From the NCBI GenBank assembly GCA_964389765.1, contig CAYMES010000001.1, positions 6,786-63,569 on the forward strand: a stretch of DNA of 56,784 nucleotides, in the 5' to 3' direction. The notes beneath the pieces were generated by a model. It searched no databases. It was not told the origin of the DNA and worked only from the letters and a program-made list of their open reading frames with translations. The stretch comes from Candidatus Woesearchaeota archaeon (GTDB lineage: Archaea; Nanobdellota; Nanobdellia; Pacearchaeales; GW2011-AR1). Below, piece by piece: positions 8,628 to 15,242 of this stretch (position 1 is its first letter; the number at the start of each line of letters is the position of its first letter). Made by a program: the position numbers and the translations under genes.

Positions 8628-8758
8628 ATCAGTTTTAATATTCCAAATGCTATTAAATAAAATCCAATAGCATAATTTATTACTTTTGGCCAAATTAAAA
8701 CAATTAATCCTACAACAATTGCTAAAATTGCAGATATTGTTAAAGAAATTGATACCAT
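8618..8758 (-). CDS. Unlisted 46-aa two-helix membrane protein resembling the DUF3096 family (MVSISLTISAILAIVVGLIVLIWPKVINYAIGFYLIAFGILKLINF)
   Basis: ATG at 8758 and TAA at 8618-8620. The pattern hydrophobic helix, P-K, xNY, second helix matches my recollection of DUF3096. Confidence 0.5.
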   Translation of the reverse strand: MVSISLTISAILAIVVGLIVLIWPKVINYAIGFYLIAFGILKLINF

Positions 8759-8871
8759 TGTTTATTAAAGAATTTAAGGTTTATATAATTATTGTTTTAA
8801 GATTTTATTGATTTATTTAGATTTTTTAGTATTTTTTCTATGTTTTTTGGGGATTTTTTGGATTTTTATGC

Positions 8872-8918
8872 TTGCAGGAAGTTTTAGGTTTTGCTTAAAG
8901 GTTTTAACTTATTGTTTT
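8872..8918 (+). repeat. Copy B of the 47-nt intergenic core TTGCAGGAAGTTTTAGGTTTTGCTTAAAGGTTTTAACTTATTGTTTT
   Basis: Differs from copy C at one position (A/G). Preceded by a T-rich GGATTTTTTGGATTTTT tract. Confidence 0.9.
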
Positions 8919-8997
8919 GTTGCTGGTTTGGTGGTTGTTCTGGTTTTCTTGACCATTTTGAAACAAGGATTATTCCAAAAATTGCTAAAAGAGTTAT

Positions 8998-9291
8998 TCA
9001 TATAGTTGTAGGAATATGTACAATAAAAGGATATTTCTCAACTAATCCGGGATTTAAAGAAAATTCTACTAAATGAGTTATTAAATCTTTCCAAGATAAA
9101 GCAATAAGAAAAGAAAAAGCAGCAATAATTGCAGTTGCTGTATGTTGTTTAACTTGGGAACTAAAAAAATCAGTTTTAGAGATAAGATGTTTTGATAATC
9201 TATGATCTATGTGTCTTTCTATATGCTCTTGCTGATTTTTTGATAATTTTTTTGAGTTTTTTATTTTTTTGGATTTGTTTGTTTTCGGCAT
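8998..9291 (-). CDS. Small membrane protein, paralog 1 (K-rich N-terminus, AAFSFLIALSWKDLI helix); lacks the second helix of its paralogs
   Basis: Shares the motif A-x-x-A-x-(G/S)F-x-IA-x-SW-(K/R)-(D/N) with 9332..9568 and 9785..10039. It resembles DUF5654-type proteins, from memory and unverified. Confidence 0.55.
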   Translation of the reverse strand: MPKTNKSKKIKNSKKLSKNQQEHIERHIDHRLSKHLISKTDFFSSQVKQHTATAIIAAFSFLIALSWKDLITHLVEFSLNPGLVEKYPFIVHIPTTI

Positions 9292-9331
9292 TTTTTAGAT
9301 TCTTTTGGAAATTTTTTATTTTTTAGGATTT

Positions 9332-9568
9332 TTATTGTAAAACTTTGGAGTTAATTAATATTAAGATAACTCCTATAAAAGTTATTAAAATTGATGAGAT
9401 AAAACCTACTAAATGAATGTTTGTTAAAACAGATAATTGTAAAATTTTATTTCTTGTTAATTCAAAAATAAAATTTCTCCAACTAAAAGCAATTATAAAT
9501 CCTATTGCTGCTGAAATTGCCACTCTTAATTGTTTTTTAAGTTCTTTTTTGAATTTTTTTGCAACCAT
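9332..9568 (-). CDS. Small two-helix membrane protein, paralog 2
   Basis: Contains AISAAIGFIIAFSWRNFI followed by a C-terminal hydrophobic helix. Confidence 0.6.
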   Translation of the reverse strand: MVAKKFKKELKKQLRVAISAAIGFIIAFSWRNFIFELTRNKILQLSVLTNIHLVGFISSILITFIGVILILINSKVLQ

Positions 9569-9642
9569 TATTTATTTTTTATGATTTTTTGGTTTTTTGT
9601 TTATTTTTTTAGGATTTTTTGGATTTTTTTAGATTTTTATGA

Positions 9643-9689
9643 TTGCAGGAAGTTTTAGGTTTTGCTTAAAAGTTTTAACTTATTGTTTT
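9643..9689 (+). repeat. Copy C of the 47-nt intergenic core
   Basis: Direct reading. Flanked by further shared T-rich blocks; for example, GGAAATTTTTTATTTTTTAGGATTTT also occurs at about 9307-9331 and about 9753-9778. Confidence 0.9.
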
Positions 9690-9784
9690 TACTTATTATT
9701 TAGTTTTTTATTTTTTTGGTTTTTTAGATTTTTACTTAATTTTTTTGATTTTCTGGAAATTTTTTATTTTTTAGGATTTTTTGT

Positions 9785-10039
9785 TTATTTTTCTTTAATT
9801 TGTATTTTTGATGCAATCATTATTCCTAAAATTGCTATGATTGTTATTAAAATTGCAATTATTAATTTATAAAAATAAAGTTGATTAGATATTCCAAAAT
9901 TTTCTACAATTTTATTTAAAGATTCTGTAATAAAATCTCTCCAAGAAAGGGCAATTAAAAATCCTAAAGCAGCAACAATTGCTGTAATTGATTGTTTTTT
10001 AAACTCTTTTCTAAAATTTGAAATGTGTTTTTTAACCAT
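9785..10039 (-). CDS. Small two-helix membrane protein, paralog 3
   Basis: Contains AIVAALGFLIALSWRDFI followed by a C-terminal hydrophobic helix. Confidence 0.6.
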   Translation of the reverse strand: MVKKHISNFRKEFKKQSITAIVAALGFLIALSWRDFITESLNKIVENFGISNQLYFYKLIIAILITIIAILGIMIASKIQIKEK

Positions 10040-10117
10040 TTAAAAAATAAAAGATTTAAGAGTATAAAAACTTTACTATTTTAAATTTTCTTAATAAATT
10101 GTTAAAAAAACCCCAAA

Positions 10118-10189
10118 TTAGCAATATTTGCTAATTTTTTAACAAATATTTGTTAATTACGTTTAAAATTTCTTAGCAATATTTGCTAA
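10118..10189. promoter_or_regulatory. Three operator-like palindromes: TTAGCAA-TAT-TTGCTAA (10118-10134 and 10173-10189) flanking TTAACAAATATTTGTTAA (10139-10156)
   Basis: The inverted repeats were read directly and the arms are perfect. An extra half-site TTGCTAA lies at about 10193-10199. The cluster sits in the divergent intergenic region between the 10039(-) and 10394(+) starts. Confidence 0.6.
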
Positions 10190-10326
10190 TTTTTGCTAAA
10201 AATGTAAAAAATTAGATAAAATAATGGTAAATCTGTTATTTTTGAGAAAAAATAGGTATGTTTTGAAAAATAATAACTAAGATATTTAAAAAGAATTTTA
10301 TCGACGATTAAACACTCAAAGAAGAG

Positions 10327-10354
10327 GTTTAAACAGCTTTAAACAGTGTTTAAA
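10327..10354. promoter_or_regulatory. GTTTAAACAGC-TTTAAACA-G-TGTTTAAA element (17-bp perfect palindrome at 10338-10354) just upstream of a TATA-like tttaaaaata
   Basis: Palindrome read directly. About 24/27 nt recur inside the downstream CDS at 10639-10665. Confidence 0.5.
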
Positions 10355-10393
10355 GAGCGTAAAGTTTAAAAATAGAAAGAATTTAAGGTTAAT

Positions 10394-11038
10394 ATGTTTG
10401 GATGGTTTAAGAAAAAAGCAGTAAAAGAAGATGTTGAAAAAATAGAAAAGGCTGTTCAAACAGGTTTCAACAACGTTAAACAAGATATATCGAATATCTC
10501 AGAGTGGATAAAACACCTTGATTCAAAAGATTCTGAGCAAGAAGATGAAATTTCAGAAATAAAAGAAGAAATATCGACGATAAAATATGAGCTTGGAGAA
10601 ATTAAAAATATGTTAGAAATTCTTGGAAATGATGGGTTGTTTAAACAGCGACAAACAGTGTTTAATAAACAAACAGCTGTTCAAGGTGTTCAAACAGCTG
10701 TTCAAACACCTGTTCAAACAGTAGAATTAGGCAATTTTTTGAATAATCTATCAGTTACAGAAAGAGCATTGGTGTGGGTATTGCTAAATTCAGATATGAA
10801 ACTAAGTTATGATGATCTTTCAGCAATGCTTGGAAAAGATAAAACTACTATTAGAGGCCAAATAAACAGTATAAAGCAGAAAAGTGAGAGTTTAATAAAA
10901 GAACAAATTGGCAAAAATAACAAAAAAAGATACTATATATCTGAAAAAATCAAGCAAACACTGTTAAAAAGCAGAAAAGTGAGAGTTAAAAACAAAAAGA
11001 AAAGCAAAAAAAGAGAAAGTATGGATGAGGAAGAATAG
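10394..11038 (+). CDS. Coiled-coil, repeat linker (QTAVQGVQTAVQTPVQTV), winged-helix DNA-binding protein
   Basis: The N-terminus is E/K/I-rich and heptad-like. The C-terminal segment TERALVWVLLNSDMKLSYDDLSAMLGKDKTTIRGQINSIK looks like a wHTH. The tail is basic. Confidence 0.6.
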   Translation: MFGWFKKKAVKEDVEKIEKAVQTGFNNVKQDISNISEWIKHLDSKDSEQEDEISEIKEEISTIKYELGEIKNMLEILGNDGLFKQRQTVFNKQTAVQGVQTAVQTPVQTVELGNFLNNLSVTERALVWVLLNSDMKLSYDDLSAMLGKDKTTIRGQINSIKQKSESLIKEQIGKNNKKRYYISEKIKQTLLKSRKVRVKNKKKSKKRESMDEEE

Positions 11039-11340
11039 AAAAAGTGAGGAAAATAGGTTTATTTGATGATTTTAAGGGTTAAAGTGAGGAAAAATAAGTA
11101 TTTTAATAAGTAAAAACAAAAAAATGAGAATACCTCTTTAAAAAGAGAGTGTAAAAGCAAAAAATATTGGAAAGAAAAATTTTAGCTTTTTAGAGGCTAA
11201 AGGGAGGAAAATTGAAAAAGAATGGGAAAAGGACTAGTTAGATGTATCCAACTTAATCGTTACACCGAAAAACCATCTTTGATATGAAACAATTTTAAAA
11301 AGATCAATAAAAGAGTGTAAAAAATTGAAAATTAAAGTTT

Positions 11341-12087
11341 TTAGACTCTGAAACCTTTAATTCCCCTTAATTCAATAATAGTGTCTAAAGTAGCTATTTT
11401 CTTTAATTCAGGGGAGATATGCAGGATTATTTTTTTATTATTAAGTTTTTGTTTGATTATAGGTATTCCTTTAATAATAAGCCTATTAACATAATCTCTT
11501 ATCGACGACTGGCTTAAATTAAGTTTTTTAGCTATTTCTTTATAATCTACTTCTTCAATATCTTGTTCTTCTAGTTGATAAATTGTTGAAAAAACAAGCA
11601 TTTCTTGACTAGTTATTTTTTTGAATTTGTTCCTTATATCTTTTTTAATATGGTCTAAAGAATCTAAAATTTCTGAAGCTTCTGATATTTGTGTTTGAAT
11701 TGGTTTTTGAATATTATTTTGGTTAAAATCTATCTGTCTGACTGTCTGTCTGTCTGTCTGTCTGTCTGTCGAAACCCCTCTATTTCCTGTGGAGATTATC
11801 AAATTTTGGTTTTTTAACCCCTCTATTTCCTGTGGATGTGTCGAAGTCGCAGGATGTGTCGAAGTTTTTTTAGGATGTGTCGAATTATGTGTCGAAGTGT
11901 TTAAATCAGAATTTTTGCTTATTTTTTGGTAATTTTCTAATTTTAATTGCATAATTTCATCATTTATCTGTTGCATAAATCCATTAATTTGGGAAATTTC
12001 TTGTTTTAACTCTTTTACTTGATTTCCTAAATTATCCATATCTTGTTTTATTTTAAAAAAAGCCTCTTTTATTTTTTCCTCTTTCAT
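11341..12087 (-). CDS. Coiled-coil, repeat linker (TSTHP x4, STDRQTDRQTVRQ), winged-helix DNA-binding protein
   Basis: Same architecture as 10394..11038. The wHTH-like segment is TSQEMLVFSTIYQLEEQDIEEVDYKEIAKKLNLSQSSIRDYVNRLIIKGI. Confidence 0.6.
   Translation of the reverse strand: MKEEKIKEAFFKIKQDMDNLGNQVKELKQEISQINGFMQQINDEIMQLKLENYQKISKNSDLNTSTHNSTHPKKTSTHPATSTHPQEIEGLKNQNLIISTGNRGVSTDRQTDRQTVRQIDFNQNNIQKPIQTQISEASEILDSLDHIKKDIRNKFKKITSQEMLVFSTIYQLEEQDIEEVDYKEIAKKLNLSQSSIRDYVNRLIIKGIPIIKQKLNNKKIILHISPELKKIATLDTIIELRGIKGFRV
11743..11770 (-). repeat. (GACA)7 perfect tetranucleotide microsatellite on the coding strand ((TGTC)7 on the + strand), inside CDS 11341..12087; 10 units if the imperfect units at 11731-11742 are included
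   Basis: Counted directly: TGTC units at 11743, 11747, 11751, 11755, 11759, 11763 and 11767. Confidence 0.95.
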
Positions 12088-12184
12088 TTTCTTATTAATA
12101 TAATATTTTATTTAAAGATTTGTTTATTCAAAAAATATGTTTTATTATATAAATGTTTAAATAAAAGTATCTTCTAAAAATTTT

Positions 12185-12763
12185 ATGAATGATGAGAATT
12201 TTGTGAAATTAGAAGATATTCCTCAAGAAATAGCTCCTCCAATTATTAGAGTAAGATACAGTCAAGGCCCTCCCTTATTTGTTGAAAAAGTAGAAGATCA
12301 GTGTGATTTTTATGCAACAGGGTTTTTTGGATTTTTTAATGCGAGCAATAAACACTTAAAGGGAAGATGTGATACATTTTACCATTATGTTATTTTAAGA
12401 AGTAACAGGCATAATAAAAACAGAACTCCTGAAAAAGATTTAAAAAATGTTAAGTTAGTAGAAATGGTTTTAAAAAGAGGTAAGCTTGAGCCCCAATTAA
12501 GGGTTTATTTATGGGCTAAAAAAGAAGCAAAGGTTCTTGCTGAAGAAATGGGTATTGAAATAGAAGATAATACAGAAATAGGAAAATACCTAAAAAATCG
12601 TTTTCCTTATATAAATTTTCCTTATAGGAAAATAAGTGATTTAGATGCTCGTGGACATAGAGAAGCAGGAGTTTTAAGAAGAAATTCGAAAAGACCTATA
12701 ATGGAATCATTAAATTTAGGTCCAAATTTTTTAAGAGAAATAGGTACTGGAAAACGAAGCTAG
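12185..12763 (+). CDS. Hypothetical protein
   Basis: 192-aa ORF. No family recognised. Confidence 0.45.
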   Translation: MNDENFVKLEDIPQEIAPPIIRVRYSQGPPLFVEKVEDQCDFYATGFFGFFNASNKHLKGRCDTFYHYVILRSNRHNKNRTPEKDLKNVKLVEMVLKRGKLEPQLRVYLWAKKEAKVLAEEMGIEIEDNTEIGKYLKNRFPYINFPYRKISDLDARGHREAGVLRRNSKRPIMESLNLGPNFLREIGTGKRS

Positions 12764-12977
12764 TAGATAAGATAAAATTTAAACCTTTAATTTTTTTGAC
12801 AGATTTAAAAGAAATTTAACTTCTCTAAATTTGAGAAGAAGAACAAGAGAAATAAAAAGACATTTAAGATATGAGTCTCCAAAAACAAGTGAACAAATAA
12901 AATATACTCTTATAAATGAATATTTTGTAGAAGCTTGTTGCAGAAGATATGAAAATAATTAATTATATTGATGTTGT

Positions 12978-13244
12978 TTATTGATGTTGTTTATAAGCTT
13001 GATAAGCTTTGTTGGAGATTCTCCATCTTATTCTTCTACTAAAAGGGATTCCTTTTGAATTTTTTCTAATTGCTGCTACAAATCCTTTTTTTCTTAAATT
13101 AAATAATAGTTTTTTTACAAATTCTTCATCTCTTGCAATTTCTCTGGCTATTTGGGCAGTAAATAATGATTTTGGAAATTGTCTAAACAATAATGCAAGA
13201 ATCTGCTCTAAAATTTTTTGTTTTTTTTCTTCACTTATCCTCAT
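12978..13244 (-). CDS. Small winged-helix DNA-binding protein
   Basis: FTAQIAREIARDEEFVKKLLFNLRKKGFV is followed by a basic wing (RRIRWRISNKA). 88 aa. Confidence 0.55.
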   Translation of the reverse strand: MRISEEKKQKILEQILALLFRQFPKSLFTAQIAREIARDEEFVKKLLFNLRKKGFVAAIRKNSKGIPFSRRIRWRISNKAYQAYKQHQ

Positions 13245-13328
13245 TTTGTATATTTCAAAAAGAGGAAGGAATTTTTAAATATATCTTAAATAAAAAAAGT
13301 TTATTAAACCTAAATTCTTATATTGTTT

Positions 13329-15119
13329 ATGCAAAAAAAGAAGGTAATTTTATCTATAGTTGGAATTTTAGCATGGATTTGTTTGTTTTTAATATCTGTA
13401 AATTATTTTCCAGAACAAGATAGGAAGATAACTGGAAAAGTAATAAATGAACCCTATATTCCTGATGGATGTAGTGATTCTGAATTAAAAAAAGTATGGG
13501 AAGATATATTTCTTGAAAATTCTGACAATATTGCTATAATGAAAAATACTTCTTCAGAAAATTGTGGAGAAGTTTATTTTATGTATAAAGTTAAAGAAAA
13601 TAACGAAACTTTTCTCTTTATTGAATTTAATTTAGAGGGGCTAAGAAACAATTATGCAATATATCTTAATGCTAGCCCTGAACTTGCTGAAAAAGTTAGA
13701 GCAATAGATTCTTATAATTTAACAGAAATATTTCGTCTAGACCTGGAGGGAGGAGCCAAAAAAAGAATCAAAGCAATAGAAAATATTTCTGAAGCTAATT
13801 ATGAATTTAAAAATTACTTTAAACCAGAAAATAGTAGTTGGGAAGAAAAAACAAAGGAATTTGAATTTGAAGAGGAAAACGAAACAGAAAAAATTAGAAT
13901 TAAAAAAGAGGGGGCAGTTTATAAAGATGAATATTTTATGGTTTTCGGGGTTTATAAAAAAATATTTCCTCAAATAATTTCAACAAAACAAATTCCTGAT
14001 TTTACATATGAAATGAATGCTGGTTGGAGCAATGATTTAGATTTAGATGACTATTTTAATGACATAACTAAAGAAGAAAATAATATTGGATATTCTATAA
14101 TTTGGATAAATGGGTCTAATGAAGAGAGAGTAGTATGCCAAGAAACATGGAGATGTTATTATGGGGATAAAAATGTACTTAATAGAATCAATATTACTAT
14201 AAAAGAGGATAATAAAGTTAAATTTAAACCAGGAAATAATTTTACTGGGCAGGAAAAATTTAAAATTATGGCAGAAGATTATCCTAACTATACTGAATCA
14301 AATGAATTTTATGTGAAGATAATGGAAGAAATTAATCATGCTCCAAATCTAACAGAAGATTTTGAAGATTTTATATGGCTTAAAAATACAAATTATTCTG
14401 TTGATTTATTTGATTATTTTGAAGACCCTGATGGAGATGACCTTATATTTAGAACAAATTATATTGAAAATATAAGTGTAGAAATAGATGAAGGTAGGTG
14501 GTTAAATCTTATTCCTGATAAAAACTTTACAGGAATCAGAACTTTATGGATTTATGCTAATGATTCTGAATTTGAAACAAGAAGCGAAAAAATAGATATC
14601 AGTGTTTTTGAGGAGGTAATCTTAGATGTAGAAATAGTTAATAATACCAATGTTAGTCAAGAAAATTCACCTTCTAATAATCTTCCAGAAATAGTTAACT
14701 TTAGTGAATTTTCTTCTAACAATCTTACAAAAAGGGGAAATATTGGTTTTTATGTAAATGTTATAGATGTTGATGGGGATGAGTTAAGTTATGGATGGTA
14801 TTTAAATGATAATTTGGTTGGAGAAAATATTACTAAAAAAATATTTAATAATTTAAGTGATGGAGAAAACATAATTAAAGTTGAAATAAGTGATGGAAAA
14901 GATAAAATTTCAAAGGTCTGGAATGTTTTTGTAAAAAAAGATAAATCTCCAGATGGAGGAAAGATATTTCTTGCAATAACTATTTTTATTATGGCCCTAA
15001 TATTGATTATTGCCATATTAATTACAGTTAGTTTGATAAATGAAAATAAAGGAAATATTGGGGAAAGCAATATAGAAATTAAACAAAAGCCTTCTAATCA
15101 GAATTTTGGAAACATATGA
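13329..15119 (+). CDS. Secreted adhesin-like surface protein with Ig/cadherin-like repeats and a C-terminal membrane anchor
   Basis: The N-terminus has a signal or anchor helix. A repeated pattern LDDYF / LFDYFEDPDGDDL ... NFTG ... recurs, plus VDGDELSYGW. The C-terminus has the hydrophobic helix IFLAITIFIMALILIIAILITV. The ATG at 13329 is preferred over the TTG at 13323. Confidence 0.6.
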   Translation: MQKKKVILSIVGILAWICLFLISVNYFPEQDRKITGKVINEPYIPDGCSDSELKKVWEDIFLENSDNIAIMKNTSSENCGEVYFMYKVKENNETFLFIEFNLEGLRNNYAIYLNASPELAEKVRAIDSYNLTEIFRLDLEGGAKKRIKAIENISEANYEFKNYFKPENSSWEEKTKEFEFEEENETEKIRIKKEGAVYKDEYFMVFGVYKKIFPQIISTKQIPDFTYEMNAGWSNDLDLDDYFNDITKEENNIGYSIIWINGSNEERVVCQETWRCYYGDKNVLNRINITIKEDNKVKFKPGNNFTGQEKFKIMAEDYPNYTESNEFYVKIMEEINHAPNLTEDFEDFIWLKNTNYSVDLFDYFEDPDGDDLIFRTNYIENISVEIDEGRWLNLIPDKNFTGIRTLWIYANDSEFETRSEKIDISVFEEVILDVEIVNNTNVSQENSPSNNLPEIVNFSEFSSNNLTKRGNIGFYVNVIDVDGDELSYGWYLNDNLVGENITKKIFNNLSDGENIIKVEISDGKDKISKVWNVFVKKDKSPDGGKIFLAITIFIMALILIIAILITVSLINENKGNIGESNIEIKQKPSNQNFGNI

Positions 15120-15242
15120 TTAACAAAAAGTTTAAAAGCTCTAAAATTTATTTAAAAGAATAGTTTATAGAAAATTATTTTAGGTGACTTCTTTAATCTT
15201 ATTATTTTTTAAATAAAAAATCTTTTATAAGTAGTATTGAAA

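Noticed and set aside
8595-9689. Possible CRISPR array, because the repeated core contains GTTTTAG.
   Set aside because: There are only three copies, at irregular spacing (277 and 771 bp). The intervening DNA contains genes, and conservation extends into the flanking T-rich tracts. No cas genes are present.
8808-9872. Plus-strand ORFs 8808-9005, 8891-9076 and 9639-9872. Two of them share the peptide AGSFRFCLKVLTYCF, which at first looks like a conserved small protein.
   Set aside because: The shared peptide is just the translation of the conserved 47-nt DNA core. The copies are near-identical at the nucleotide level (one A/G difference), so they give no evidence of coding selection. Copy A terminates after a few codons, and the rest of each ORF is F/L-rich T-tract translation that overlaps the minus-strand genes.
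12968-12993. 13-nt tandem duplication (TTGATGTTGTTTA x2) spanning the stop codon of the wHTH gene 12978-13244.
   Set aside because: The duplication is real but minor. It only replaces a predicted ...KQHQYN* end with ...KQHQ*, and I can argue no functional consequence from the sequence.
13009-13423. Plus-strand ORFs 13009-13278 and 13193-13423.
   Set aside because: The first is antisense to the well-formed wHTH gene 12978-13244. The second spans the promoter region and the out-of-frame start of the 13329 surface-protein gene. Both translations are low complexity.
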